The translations under genes were made by a program, and so were the position numbers. Below the pieces are notes generated by a model. It searched no databases and was not told the DNA's origin. It saw nothing but the letters and a program-made list of their open reading frames with translations. Of a DNA stretch of 64,000 bases, positions 20,871 through 31,259 are shown in pieces (within the stretch, counting starts at the first letter, position 1; each line of letters opens with the position of its first letter). The stretch lies in the sequence record DRR378314_166, one strand, 5' to 3'.

Positions 20871-21944
20871 ATGTCACATAACAGTTTTGGACATTTATTC
20901 CGGGTCAGCACCTGGGGCGAGAGTCACGGCCCGGCGCTTGGCTGTGTGATTGATGGCTGCCCGTCCCTGATCGACATAACAGAAGATGAAATCCAGCACT
21001 TCATGGATCGGCGGAAACCGGGTCAGAATAAATACACAACCCAGCGCAGAGAGCCTGATCAGGTTCGGATTTTGTCTGGCACCTTTGAAGGGAAAACCAC
21101 GGGGACCCCGATTAGCCTGATGATCGAAAATGTCGATCAACGGTCAAAAGACTATGGTGACATTGCTGAGAAATATCGCCCGGGACATGCTGATTTCACC
21201 TATCAGAGCAAATATGGCATTCGCGACTATCGCGGCGGTGGCCGCTCCAGCGCGCGGGAGACCGCGGCTCGTGTGGCGGCGGGTGCCATCGCCCGAAAAG
21301 TTCTGGGCAGTGACGTCAAGATCCAGGGGTATCTGAGCCAGATCGGCGCCCATAAAATTGATCATAGCCGGTTCGATAAAACTGAGATCGATAATAATCC
21401 CTTCTGGTGTCCTGATCCGGTAACGGCTGAGCTTTGGGCGGATTATCTGGATGGTATTCGCAAAGACGGCTCTTCTGTCGGGGCGGTTATCGAAGTTGTC
21501 GCCTCTGGCGTTCCGGCGGGCCTTGGTGCACCTATTTATGGGAAACTGGATTCTGATCTGGCGGGTGCCATGATGACCATCAACGCGGTTAAAGGTGTTG
21601 AAATCGGCGAAGGTTTCTCCGCAGCCGCTCTGACCGGAGAGACGAACGCAGATGAAATGTATGCGGGTAATGAACAAGGCCCCCGCTTTTCCAGCAATCA
21701 TGCTGGCGGTATCCTTGGCGGAATTTCCACCGGTCAGGACATTGTCCTGCGATTTGCCGTCAAGCCAACTTCCTCGATCCTTAAGCCGCGCGCAACGGTG
21801 ACCAAAGAGGGGAAAGAGACGGAGATTATCACGAAGGGCCGTCATGATCCGTGCGTTGGTATTCGCGCCGTTCCGGTAGGCGAGGCGATGATGGCCTGCG
21901 TCCTTGCCGATCATCTGCTGCGTCATCGCGGGCAACAGGGCTGA
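20871..21944 (+). CDS. aroC: Chorismate synthase
   Basis: GESHG, RPGHAD, RSSARET, GRHDPC signatures. Confidence 0.97.
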   Translation: MSHNSFGHLFRVSTWGESHGPALGCVIDGCPSLIDITEDEIQHFMDRRKPGQNKYTTQRREPDQVRILSGTFEGKTTGTPISLMIENVDQRSKDYGDIAEKYRPGHADFTYQSKYGIRDYRGGGRSSARETAARVAAGAIARKVLGSDVKIQGYLSQIGAHKIDHSRFDKTEIDNNPFWCPDPVTAELWADYLDGIRKDGSSVGAVIEVVASGVPAGLGAPIYGKLDSDLAGAMMTINAVKGVEIGEGFSAAALTGETNADEMYAGNEQGPRFSSNHAGGILGGISTGQDIVLRFAVKPTSSILKPRATVTKEGKETEIITKGRHDPCVGIRAVPVGEAMMACVLADHLLRHRGQQG

Positions 21945-21971
21945 TCAGGGCGCGACCAACTCCATAAGATT

Positions 21972-21997
21972 TTTACGGTTTGTTAACGCTCGGTTAA
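21972..21997. promoter_or_regulatory. CtrA-type box(es) upstream of orphan gene 22074
   Basis: ttta-cggtttg-TTAA-cgctcgg-TTAA; perfect GTTAA-N7-TTAA at 21982-21997. Confidence 0.65.
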
Positions 21998-22073
21998 GGG
22001 CTGCACAGGTATCGTTTCTCTTCTCCTGGCTTTAGAACGAAGCCTTGATACTCTTGAAAAGAGAAAGGTTCCT

Positions 22074-22844
22074 GTGATGTCTGATTTGATTGCGGGGTTT
22101 TCTGCCTCGTCTTCCTATAGCTCCTTTGCCGAAGCAACGCGCTATAGCAATCCTTATCGTGGGGTTTCCCACAGCTCAACCTCCCTTGCCCAAGAAGCTT
22201 CCTTCAGTTTTGATGCTGTCCTGATTGAGGATCATAGCACTCCGCTTGTCTCCCTGCCATTTGCAGAAGGCGAAAAGCACCCGGATGACGTCATGTCTCA
22301 GCTTCAGGAGAAGCTGGAAGGATTTTTTGAACCCTTTGGCTATAAAGGGGAAAAATTGGCCGAAGTGGTGGGAACTGCGCTTCAATCCTTGGCGGATCTG
22401 GTGGAGGATACGTCCGTTGACGCAGCCTCCCTGTCGATTGATATTCGTCTTGCCCGGATTGAAGAAAGTTATAGTACAAATGGTCGCCGTGGGGGCGCCG
22501 GGGTGTTTAGCGGGTTTGCCCTGGAAGTCAATGTGTCCACAACAACCGTTGATTACGATCCCGGACGGGCCGTCGTGATTAATACGGCTGGTAGTAAAGT
22601 CGAATTTTCCGAAGTTCAGCTTATCGAAGGTCATAAGCGCGGCGTCTTTCGCCGGTCTGCTCCCGGTCTTCAGAATTTCCCCGGATATAACCCGGAACTG
22701 GCTGAACAAACCCGCGAAATCGTTGAGTTCCTGAAAGATACGCGTCGCCAGTTAAATGCCTTCACCCGCGAAGAAGAGCATGGTTATCGTCATCGTCTTG
22801 GTCACTCCCTGAAAGGGTATAATCATTTCAATATGCGAAGCTGA
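22074..22844 (+). CDS. Hypothetical protein
   Basis: 256-aa ORF filling the gap between aroC and a convergent LysR gene; no recognised family. Confidence 0.7.
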   Translation: MMSDLIAGFSASSSYSSFAEATRYSNPYRGVSHSSTSLAQEASFSFDAVLIEDHSTPLVSLPFAEGEKHPDDVMSQLQEKLEGFFEPFGYKGEKLAEVVGTALQSLADLVEDTSVDAASLSIDIRLARIEESYSTNGRRGGAGVFSGFALEVNVSTTTVDYDPGRAVVINTAGSKVEFSEVQLIEGHKRGVFRRSAPGLQNFPGYNPELAEQTREIVEFLKDTRRQLNAFTREEEHGYRHRLGHSLKGYNHFNMRS

Positions 22845-23759
22845 TCATTGAGTTGGTGAGGGAGCATCCAAAGTTGCTTCCTCCCTGATCAATTTGGCCA
22901 GTAGTTGCACACCCGGCCCTGCAGTTTCGGATTTAGGTTCGACCAGATATAAAGTGACGATCCGCGAAAGGTCTTCAGCGGTCGCGATCGGTTTCAACAG
23001 GCCATTGCTGACATCCGGCTCCAGAATATGAGCAGGTGCCCAGCAAAACCCTTCACCGGTTTTGAGGATCTCCCGCGCATGATAAAAATCTGAAACCGTC
23101 CATCGCCGCTCTGATTTCAACCAGCCAAAGTTACTGTTCTGCTCAACACTGGCCGTATCCTTGATGACAATTTGCAAGGACGCTGCCAGCTCTTTCTGGG
23201 TGGCTGGATTGGGCTGTGTGTTCAGCGGATGATCTTTATGGGCATAGGGGAAGAGTTCCAGATTAATGAGGGGTTTGCCCACATATCCGGTTGGCAGTAT
23301 CGGGCTGATGACCAGATCGGCCTTTCTTGTCTCTATTGTCTCTACAGCTCCCATTAACACCACATCCAGAATGCGTAGGCGGGATATCTGATTACCACCG
23401 CTGAAGCTCTTCAGGATGGGATGAAGCCGGGATTTTGGAAAGATATTTTCCACTGCCAGCGTAATTTCGCTTTCCCATCCTTCATTGAGCTGAGATGCAA
23501 GTCTTTCGATATCCTGGGCTTCCTGAACCAGTTGCCGGGTTCGTCTCAGGACCACCTCGCCGATCTCTGTCAATACCGGTTGTTTGCCTCTGATTTGTAA
23601 AAGCTCCACACCCAGTTGATCCTGCATCTTGGCAATCGCGTGGTGCAGGGATGAATGACTGCGGTTCAGTTTCTTTGCAGCTTTCAGATAGCCCCCCTCG
23701 TCAATAACGGCGGCGAAAAGGGTCCATTGGGTCAGGGATATTTGAGGAGCTTTGTTCAT
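22845..23759 (-). CDS. LysR-family transcriptional regulator
   Basis: N-terminal HTH (AVIDEGGYLKAAKKLNRSHSSL) plus substrate-binding domain; divergent from DoxX gene. Confidence 0.92.
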   Translation of the reverse strand: MNKAPQISLTQWTLFAAVIDEGGYLKAAKKLNRSHSSLHHAIAKMQDQLGVELLQIRGKQPVLTEIGEVVLRRTRQLVQEAQDIERLASQLNEGWESEITLAVENIFPKSRLHPILKSFSGGNQISRLRILDVVLMGAVETIETRKADLVISPILPTGYVGKPLINLELFPYAHKDHPLNTQPNPATQKELAASLQIVIKDTASVEQNSNFGWLKSERRWTVSDFYHAREILKTGEGFCWAPAHILEPDVSNGLLKPIATAEDLSRIVTLYLVEPKSETAGPGVQLLAKLIREEATLDAPSPTQ

Positions 23760-23853
23760 ATTGTCTATTTTATCGAATAATAATGTGAATTTATAGCAAT
23801 TTTTTTTCCTAAAATTGAATATATCTTAAGGGGACAATTGGCGATTATGGATA

Positions 23854-24270
23854 GTGGAAAACATGTTTGAAAAATTTGAACCTTTAATTGATCTGGTAGG
23901 GCGCGTATTTCTGGCCCTGCTGTTTATCCCGGCGGGATATAGTAAAATTGGCGGATATGAAGGAACTCAGGGTTATATGGAATCTGTTGGGGTTCCGGGC
24001 GCTCTGTTGCCGTTGGTGATCCTGGTGGAACTGGTTGGCGGATTGTTGCTGCTGGTCGGGTATCAAACCCGCCTGATGGCGCTGGCGTTGGCGGGCTTTA
24101 CCGTTGTGGCAGCCTTCATTTTCCATCTGCAGCCTGATAACCAGATGCAGATGATCATGTTTATGAAAAATATTGCTGTCTCTGGCGGTCTCTTGCTGTT
24201 GGTGGCCAAAGGCTCGGCCGCTTACAGTGTCGATGCTGTCTTGAGCCGCCGTAAAAGTGGGGCCGCGTAA
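23854..24270 (+). CDS. DoxX-family membrane protein
   Basis: GRVFLALLFI.AG..KI, ELVGG, FMKNIAVSGGLL; alternative ATG at 23863. Confidence 0.9.
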   Translation: MENMFEKFEPLIDLVGRVFLALLFIPAGYSKIGGYEGTQGYMESVGVPGALLPLVILVELVGGLLLLVGYQTRLMALALAGFTVVAAFIFHLQPDNQMQMIMFMKNIAVSGGLLLLVAKGSAAYSVDAVLSRRKSGAA

Positions 24271-24291
24271 CAGCGGATCTTTTGATCAATG

Positions 24292-24320
24292 AAAAGCCCG
24301 CAGTTTTTGCGGGCTTTTTT
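24292..24320. terminator. Bidirectional terminator between DoxX and dusA
   Basis: aaaagcccgca-gtttt-tgcgggctttttt. Confidence 0.85.
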
Positions 24321-24322
24321 GA

Positions 24323-25291
24323 TCAGCGAACCTTGGCGGCCGCCTCCTGCAGGAGGGACGGCATCGCCCCTTGCAGATGCGCGTTTTCAGAAATATGCCG
24401 CCGCCAGGCCCGGGCCCCCGGGCGCCCCTGAAACAGGCCCAGCATATGACGGGTGATGGATTTCAGTGGTACACCTTTATTCATTTCCTGATCAATATAA
24501 GGCAGGATTTTCTCGACCACTTCTTTGCGTTCAGGCGCCTCGTCGGACACCCCGTAATAGCGCTGATCAATAGCCGCCAGAAAATACGGGTTTTGGTAGG
24601 CTTCGCGGCCAATCATCACACCGTCCACATGGGCAAGATGGGTGTCAATTTCCTCCAGTGTCTGAATGCCCCCATTGATGATGATTTCCAGATCCGGAAA
24701 ATCCCGTTTTAACTGGTAAACCCGGGGGTAATCCAGCGGCGGAACGGTCCTGTTTTCTTTCGGGCTGAGGCCGGTCAGCCAGGCTTTGCGCGCATGAATA
24801 ATAAAAGTCTCGCAGCCGCGTGCCCGGATGATGTCCGTGAATTTGACCAGATGATCATAACTGTCCAGGTCATCAATACCGATCCGGTTTTTGACCGTCA
24901 CGGGCAGGGGGGTCGCCTCCTTCATGGCCGCAACACAGTCGCCCACCAGTTCCGGCTCGGCCATCAGGCAGGCGCCAAATTTCCCGTTCTGAACCCGATC
25001 GGACGGGCAGCCCACATTCAGGTTGATCTCCTGATAGCCATAGCCCGTGGCAATCGCAGCGCATTTGGCCAATGCTTCGGGATCACTGCCGCCCAGCTGC
25101 AGGGCAACCGGCTGCTCCGCCGGATCAAAATCCAGATGCCGCGCCTCATCCCCAAACAGAATGGCCCCGGTCGTCACCATTTCCGTATACAGCAACGCCC
25201 GAGACGTAATCAGCCGCAGGAAATACCTGTCATGCCGATCCGTCCAGTCCATCATGGGCGCAATGCTTATGGTGCGGTTTAGTTTGCTCAC
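24323..25291 (-). CDS. dusA: tRNA-dihydrouridine(20/20a) synthase
   Basis: [45 protein letters not shown]. Confidence 0.96.
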   Translation of the reverse strand: MSKLNRTISIAPMMDWTDRHDRYFLRLITSRALLYTEMVTTGAILFGDEARHLDFDPAEQPVALQLGGSDPEALAKCAAIATGYGYQEINLNVGCPSDRVQNGKFGACLMAEPELVGDCVAAMKEATPLPVTVKNRIGIDDLDSYDHLVKFTDIIRARGCETFIIHARKAWLTGLSPKENRTVPPLDYPRVYQLKRDFPDLEIIINGGIQTLEEIDTHLAHVDGVMIGREAYQNPYFLAAIDQRYYGVSDEAPERKEVVEKILPYIDQEMNKGVPLKSITRHMLGLFQGRPGARAWRRHISENAHLQGAMPSLLQEAAAKVR

Positions 25292-25418
25292 GGGTACCTC
25301 TCAAACTATCTGCACCTTAGATATAAGCTTGTGGGTAAAAACAAAAGGGAAAACTGAGCAGCTGTGCCATCGTAAAACCAAGGAATACGGAAAAGCCGAA
25401 ATTAGCTCGCGTTCAAGT

Positions 25419-26852
25419 TTAGGACGGGAAGCAGTAGGTCCGGTGTTCGGTATATTTGGACTCTCCTTCCGTGAAACCGTTGCTGCGTAACGTGCGGTAT
25501 CGATTAACCATCTTGTCGCGGGTGGTTTGATCCGTCGTCCAGATGCCAAAGAAGTCTTCCCCTTCTGTCATTTCGCTCAATCGGGCTTTTGCCTCGGCCA
25601 CTGTCGGCAGGCGCAGGCCATTGCGGCGGCAAAATGCAGTTGCATCAGCGAAGGTCAATATGTTCGGGCTGAAAAGCAGCTTGTTCGCCGATACGGATGG
25701 GTTCTCGGCCTGATCGTCGGCAGAAGAGGGTGATGCTGAGGCAGTTTGCGAAGACTGACTGGTGCCCGTACCATAACCGGGCGGCGGGGCGCCGATATTC
25801 TTTGAGGGGCCGTTGGCTGCCACATCAGCCTTATTATGCTCAAAAGTATCCCGGAAAGGGATGTTGTTTCTGGCGCGGTAACTCACGCGCACAAAATCCT
25901 CTTCTGCGAGACGGACAATATAATTTCCGCGCGCGTCGGCGTCACGGACAGACTTCAGGCTATAGGATAAGTCTTCTGCCATTTTTCCGTTATCGACTAA
26001 CGTGCTGCTTTCGATGGAGCTATAGCTCTGTTGCCAGTTCCGACACATCTTTGCCCGCTGCGCTTCCACCTTTGCGATGCGGGCCCGCACGGGGCCATAT
26101 TGGTTCTGGATACAGGTCCGACCCGCCAACGAGCAGCTACACAGCTTTGCGATTTGTTTGTTCAGTTTCAGGTTTTCTGCGGTTGGCTTTGTGCCTGAAT
26201 TTACAAAAACCTGTTTGGGAGGGGCAGGTGCAACGGCTGCGGTCTGTGCCTGCGTGGTTGTCGTCGATGTGGTGGGTGACGCAGTCGCCGGTTCTTCTTC
26301 CAAGACAGCAGAGAAGGTCAACATGTCCGATTGCGCGACTGGTTTTGCCTCCGGGATCGGGGCGGGCCATTTATCAAAGAACGCCTGAATGCAGCCATAC
26401 CGGCCATCGCAAAATTGAGCAACTTTGTCATACTGCGTCTGACTGACCGGGGTTGTGCTGTCCCGATAGCGAAGGCGACTTTCCATGCACATATATTCAC
26501 TTTGGCATTCAATGGTGATCTTAAGGCTTCGGTCGCGCTTGCTGGAAAGATCAAGCCCGCCGCCCGGTTTTGTGGCCTGCTTGTATTCTTTCTGGATCGC
26601 ATCATTGATATCAATTTCGTCATAGGCGCTGTCGATACGGGTGCAAAAGGGGCTGTTTTCATAGATCCGCTTGCGCAGCCACGAGAAATAATCCGGGATC
26701 GCATCAACCATGAAACCGTGGCAGGCCGCGCGAATTGTTTTGTCGATCTTGGTTTCAAGCGCGTTGATATCCTGCGCGGCGGCAATCTTTAACGGGCCAA
26801 ATAAAGCGCCAACGATCAGGGCCTGTAGAATTAGGTGACGGGAAATACACAT
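25419..26852 (-). CDS. Hypothetical Cys-rich secreted protein with C-terminal C-type-lectin-fold-like (DUF1566/FGE-like) motif
   Basis: Signal peptide, many Cys, low-complexity Thr/Ser linkers, C-terminal TFADATAFC..GLRLPTVAE..W..RTYC. Confidence 0.7.
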   Translation of the reverse strand: MCISRHLILQALIVGALFGPLKIAAAQDINALETKIDKTIRAACHGFMVDAIPDYFSWLRKRIYENSPFCTRIDSAYDEIDINDAIQKEYKQATKPGGGLDLSSKRDRSLKITIECQSEYMCMESRLRYRDSTTPVSQTQYDKVAQFCDGRYGCIQAFFDKWPAPIPEAKPVAQSDMLTFSAVLEEEPATASPTTSTTTTQAQTAAVAPAPPKQVFVNSGTKPTAENLKLNKQIAKLCSCSLAGRTCIQNQYGPVRARIAKVEAQRAKMCRNWQQSYSSIESSTLVDNGKMAEDLSYSLKSVRDADARGNYIVRLAEEDFVRVSYRARNNIPFRDTFEHNKADVAANGPSKNIGAPPPGYGTGTSQSSQTASASPSSADDQAENPSVSANKLLFSPNILTFADATAFCRRNGLRLPTVAEAKARLSEMTEGEDFFGIWTTDQTTRDKMVNRYRTLRSNGFTEGESKYTEHRTYCFPS

Positions 26853-26855
26853 ATC

Positions 26856-27893
26856 TTAACCCTTGATTTTTGTCAGAAGCCGAATTGCAGGCTGATAATA
26901 GCGGGAGGACGCGGTGATCCGTTTCACGAAGCGGGTGAGTTTTCGGTACGCACCTTCCGTGTCACCATTGGCATGCATTGCTTGCGCCCAATAGAAATCA
27001 GTAGCCGGATCAATGGGGACGGGCAGGGCGTTTAGTTTGGCAAAATAGGGGAGGGCTTCAGCCAGTTTGCCTTCCTTGAATAGATCGCTGATCTGAATGA
27101 CAAATTGATCGCGCTGGATTTCCAGGGGTAGGTCAGAATTGGCCTCTGTCTGCGGCGGTTTTGGCTTTGCGGCGACGTTGACTGTTGGGCTAGATGCTGC
27201 CCTTGTCGCCGGTGTTGGTGCCGCTGGTTTTTGTGGCTTGGCAGCCGCAAGGGCAGCCTGTTTGTCTTCATATGCGGCAACCAACGCACTTATCTCTTTG
27301 CGGCGCTCTGTCGCGATCAGCATCTTTGGAATTTCGGTGAGCGCGCGTTTGCAGTTTGTCGCGGCTGTTTGTGCGGTACAGCCCTCTGCCAGCGCTTTTT
27401 TATTGGGCGGTAAATAGGCGTGTAAGGGGTTGTCCGGGATAACCCGGACGGAGGGGTTTGAAAAATTGTCCAGTTGCTCGTCGAATGTGCTCCGATCTCC
27501 AATTTCATAAGGCGTATCACGGAAAATGCTGGTATCGATCACAACATAAGTAGTCTTTCCGGGCAAGACCCGGACAGACATTGGCTCCCAGCTTTTGTTC
27601 ATATCCTCAAAGCGAAAGGAATAGGTTGCCGGCAAGACAGGCAGCCAGACATAACCGTCATAATAAGTGCCAATCGGAACATTATTTAAGGAATATTTGA
27701 AGGGAGACTGTTTGCTGCCAAAATAGGAGATGGCGATGGCACCGGCCCCGCCCAAAGTCTCCGGCCGGTCAATCTCGCCGAAATCCTTCGTCTCAACCTG
27801 GCTGAGCGGTGGCGGCGGGGAGGATGGCGACGAAGTGGTCACGCATCCCGTGATCAGGATCGCAAGAGCCGTGATTAGGGATAACCGGTTCAT
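26856..27893 (-). CDS. Hypothetical lipoprotein with DUF2846-like beta domain and C-terminal TPR-like helices
   Basis: Lipobox ILITGC after MNRLS; Pro-rich linkers; helical C-terminus (AEALPYF..FYWAQA..AYRKL); an in-frame start near 27938-27944 is also possible. Confidence 0.72.
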   Translation of the reverse strand: MNRLSLITALAILITGCVTTSSPSSPPPPLSQVETKDFGEIDRPETLGGAGAIAISYFGSKQSPFKYSLNNVPIGTYYDGYVWLPVLPATYSFRFEDMNKSWEPMSVRVLPGKTTYVVIDTSIFRDTPYEIGDRSTFDEQLDNFSNPSVRVIPDNPLHAYLPPNKKALAEGCTAQTAATNCKRALTEIPKMLIATERRKEISALVAAYEDKQAALAAAKPQKPAAPTPATRAASSPTVNVAAKPKPPQTEANSDLPLEIQRDQFVIQISDLFKEGKLAEALPYFAKLNALPVPIDPATDFYWAQAMHANGDTEGAYRKLTRFVKRITASSRYYQPAIRLLTKIKG

Positions 27894-28081
27894 CAGGCGC
27901 CAACTTAACGTCAGGCGATGCAGGGAAGGGGCAGTCATGAACACTCCAGACTTACTAGATGAGAAACTCTCTCAGACCTTATTAGGAAAACCATAACTGG
28001 CCGGGCTTGTCAAATCCACCAGATGCGGCAAGCGTAAGACAAACCCGCCGCCCTGAAGTGAAAAGTTTATCTTGTCATTGG

Positions 28082-28095
28082 TTGATTAGAATCAA
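28082..28095. promoter_or_regulatory. FNR/FnrL/FixK binding site
   Basis: Perfect TTGAT-taga-ATCAA, 63 bp upstream of the ATG at 28158. Confidence 0.75.
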
Positions 28096-28157
28096 TCAAT
28101 ATGCGACGAAAAAAATGTAGTCTTCCTTGGATGAAATTGAAAATAGGGAAGACGCTC

Positions 28158-28403
28158 ATGTTTGAAAAACTGAACAAGCACTCGAACTTATTCAATCAAA
28201 TGTCAGCCACGCTTGATGTCGATCTGACGAAGGGCGTCACTGATAATCCCGCAGATGTCTCTAAAATCAGGGCCGCCGTGTTTAAGTGCATGAAATGCAC
28301 CCATGCCGATGACTGTGAAAACTGGCTTAGTCAACAAGAAGAAACCGCCAAGGCCGCCCCAAGCTATTGCCTCAACCGCAATTTCCTAAGCGCACGCGCC
28401 TGA
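28158..28403 (+). CDS. DUF6455-like small Cys-rich protein
   Basis: LF.QM...L.VDL and C..C....C..WL......P.YC.N pattern; GGGAAG RBS. Confidence 0.8.
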   Translation: MFEKLNKHSNLFNQMSATLDVDLTKGVTDNPADVSKIRAAVFKCMKCTHADDCENWLSQQEETAKAAPSYCLNRNFLSARA

Positions 28404-28597
28404 TCGAACGCCTTTATTCCGCGGGAGCCACGACCATCACCTAAATCCACGGGATAGGGCCAATATCAGTCCTGCCGATCATAGGCGATATTGATTGTTC
28501 GGTCTCGTTTGATCACGGGGATCTTCTGTTAAAATCATTATACAAGAGATAAGTTTTTGAGGGTAAATCCGTAGAAAAAATTGGGGAAGGCCGTTTG

Positions 28598-29809
28598 TCA
28601 AATCTCGGTTAGTTTTATACTTAAGCCGATTGATAGCCAAACAAATGCAGCCAGCGCGAGCCAAAAGAGGATTTTTTCAATAATCTTATCATTTTGCATG
28701 GACATTGGGTGGGTGTTTTTTAATCCAAAAAAACCCATTAAAATGGTCAAAATCATAAAAAATAGATTTAGGAAAAATGTATAGTTTATCTTAAAAAAAT
28801 CACGATCGATAATGCTTCTCACCTCATCTTTTGAAGGTAATAAATCCAGAAAAGAGAAGCCGTAGTGAAGCAATATGGCTGTTAGAATGAGGGCGAGTAA
28901 AAACAGTCCGGCAATATATAGGGCCATTTTAAAGCCATAAAATTTTATCTGAACTCTTATGACAGGAAAGACAACTAGGTCACTGAAAATAAAAGCAATA
29001 ATACCTGCAAATGAAACGCCGTTGGCAAAGAGTACAGCGGCCAAAGGTATGTTTCCCATTGACCCAATAAACGTAAAAAACGCTGCGACTGGCCCGATTA
29101 TAGTGTGTGCAACGATTTGCATGAAGCTGAATTCGCCATTGCCAGAGCCAATGAAAAGGGTCTGAAAAAAAGATGCCGGTACAAATACAGCGATTATCCC
29201 GGCGACGGTAAAACCGACGGTGACGTCCTTCCATACCATTTGCCATTCCATCACGTAGCGGTGAGCGACGCGCGTCCACCCCTCTTTTGATAGTATTACG
29301 GTCTTCCAGTTCTGGTCTTGCAGGCTATCGGCTTCTGATGCGCTATACTCCTTCGCAGTTTCGCGCGCGCCTTTGATTAGGCGTTTGGGATATTTTATTT
29401 TTATGAAAAGCCATACAAATAATATGAGAAGCAACCCACCAACATATTCTCCAACAATAAATTGCCATGATAGAAAGACGCCAATAATAATACCCAGCTC
29501 AATTACCAGATTTGTTGAAGCCAGCAAAAAGGCCAGTGAGGGGGCCAGGTCGGCCCCTTTTGCAAAAAGTGCGCGTGTTGTAGATAAAGCTGAAAAACTG
29601 CAGGAGCTTGAAATGAAACCAAAAAAAATTCCTAAAGCCATGCTTTTAGATCCGCTTTTACCCATGGCTTTTTTCATGCGCTCTTCGGTTACAAAAACTT
29701 GTATCATTGAGCTAATCAGATAGCCTAGGCCAAAAGCCCAAAAGGCCATCCAAAACAATCCAAGCGTAGTGATCGCGGCGTCACTTAAATTTTTTAGAAA
29801 CTCTTCCAT
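28598..29809 (-). CDS. Predicted permease (ArsP/DUF318-like family)
   Basis: Multiple TM segments; SSSCSFSA, ASTNLVIELG, FIGSMGNIPLAA, FIFSDL. Confidence 0.85.
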   Translation of the reverse strand: MEEFLKNLSDAAITTLGLFWMAFWAFGLGYLISSMIQVFVTEERMKKAMGKSGSKSMALGIFFGFISSSCSFSALSTTRALFAKGADLAPSLAFLLASTNLVIELGIIIGVFLSWQFIVGEYVGGLLLILFVWLFIKIKYPKRLIKGARETAKEYSASEADSLQDQNWKTVILSKEGWTRVAHRYVMEWQMVWKDVTVGFTVAGIIAVFVPASFFQTLFIGSGNGEFSFMQIVAHTIIGPVAAFFTFIGSMGNIPLAAVLFANGVSFAGIIAFIFSDLVVFPVIRVQIKFYGFKMALYIAGLFLLALILTAILLHYGFSFLDLLPSKDEVRSIIDRDFFKINYTFFLNLFFMILTILMGFFGLKNTHPMSMQNDKIIEKILFWLALAAFVWLSIGLSIKLTEI

Positions 29810-30195
29810 TATTCACAAGTACCGTTCCAAAGATCGGCGAACAGGCAGCCTAAGTCATAGTTGCGCGACGGATCAAGGCAATTTTGGTGTCAGAATTTTC
29901 TATTACAACGAGACGTTTTGAGCTTCTTCAGTCTTACGGACGGTTAAGGTAAGAAGGACAGAAAAACGTGTGACGCCGTTAGCGAGTGATCATAAATGTG
30001 TAGGATTTGGCTTGATTACTTAGTTTGCCTGAGGAATATCCTAGCGTTCTGCTTGTGCCATTTTTCTGTTATTACTTGCGTGCCCTTACAAACTGGCTGG
30101 GATTTAATGATTTAACGGTTAGTCTATTTCTCCTTTACCGTTGACACCTCTCTGCACAAGCGGTCAACTGTGACAGGTTCTGAAGCGGAGGGGAC

Positions 30196-31029
30196 ATGCA
30201 AGACCATCAGCAGCCTGATACCTTTGCCAACTTGGAGAAACGAGAGTGGGCGAAGGCCGATGTGGCACAATCATATGCGCAGGCTTTTGCGACGGCGGCT
30301 GATATGGTGGTCCCGCATTTGGCAGAAGCGGTTGCGGCCGGACCTCATGTCAAAGCGCTCGATCTATGTTGTGGGCATGGAAATGTGACTGCGGGCCTTG
30401 TCAAATCAGGCGCTGTGGTGACCGGTCTTGATTTTTCTGCGGCCATGTTGGATTTGGCGCGTGCAGCTGTGCCGGAAGCCGAATTTAGGGAAGGTGATGC
30501 GATGGCCTTGCCGTTTGATGATGCATCTTTCGATGCCGTCACAATCGGCTTTGGTGTTCCCCATGTGCCAGATCCGCCCAAGGTTATTGCCGAAGTCTGC
30601 CGCGTTCTAAAGCGGGGCGGGCGGTTGGCGTTTTCGGTTTGGTGTGGACCGGAAGTGGATACAGCGCTGGGATATGTTTTTGGCGCTATCGGTCAGCATG
30701 GATCACCGGATATCGCTTTGCCGCCGGGGCCTGGCGCCAATGACTATGCGGATCCGGAGTTGGCCTTTACCGTTTTGCAAGAGGCCGGTTTTACAGACTG
30801 CCACCAGTTTCAAGTGGCGTCTCTGTGGACAGTATCGGATCCGGGCGCCCCTTATGATTTCTTTCGTGACGGAACTGCCAGAGGCGGCGCCATGTTACGC
30901 CCGCAACCACCCAAGAATGCGGTGGCAATTCGCGCTGCTGTGATCGCAAAGGTGCGCGAGATGCATGGACCGGGACCAGAATGGAAAGTGCCAATTCCAG
31001 CCGTGGTGACCAGTGCCACCGCCCAGTAG
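30196..31029 (+). CDS. Class I SAM-dependent methyltransferase (UbiE-like)
   Basis: LDLCCGHG, GLDFS, GDAMALPFDDASFDAV, RVLKRGG. Confidence 0.9.
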   Translation: MQDHQQPDTFANLEKREWAKADVAQSYAQAFATAADMVVPHLAEAVAAGPHVKALDLCCGHGNVTAGLVKSGAVVTGLDFSAAMLDLARAAVPEAEFREGDAMALPFDDASFDAVTIGFGVPHVPDPPKVIAEVCRVLKRGGRLAFSVWCGPEVDTALGYVFGAIGQHGSPDIALPPGPGANDYADPELAFTVLQEAGFTDCHQFQVASLWTVSDPGAPYDFFRDGTARGGAMLRPQPPKNAVAIRAAVIAKVREMHGPGPEWKVPIPAVVTSATAQ

Positions 31030-31200
31030 ACTTCAGCCGCATGCAATTTTTTCGAGCGGTGCTTATTTACGGCCCCATATGGACGCGAGGAACCTTCAAA
31101 AACTGACTGCGGCGGATTATTAACCTCAAACCTTCCGTTTTTCATCTGAAGACAGAAGCTAAAGGCCCTTGCGGTCTATCAGTTGTGCCTCTTCTTATGA

Positions 31201-31227
31201 AAAAAACAGGCGCCCGGGGCGCCTGTT
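31201..31227 (-). terminator. Terminator downstream of the dsyB-like gene
   Basis: aaaaaacaggcgcc-cg-gggcgcctgtt hairpin; T-tract on the minus strand. Confidence 0.7.
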
Positions 31228-31259
31228 GTCTCATTTTTGAACCGGAAAGCGGTTGGTGC

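Noticed and set aside
25200-25420. dusA-associated integrase island with att sites
   Set aside because: No tyrosine recombinase and no second copy of the dusA 5' sequence seen; kept only as a weak hotspot inference
25419-25700. C-type-lectin-fold C-terminus as a diversity-generating retroelement target
   Set aside because: No reverse transcriptase and no template-repeat copy seen in the window; a genome-wide search would be needed to exclude a remote DGR
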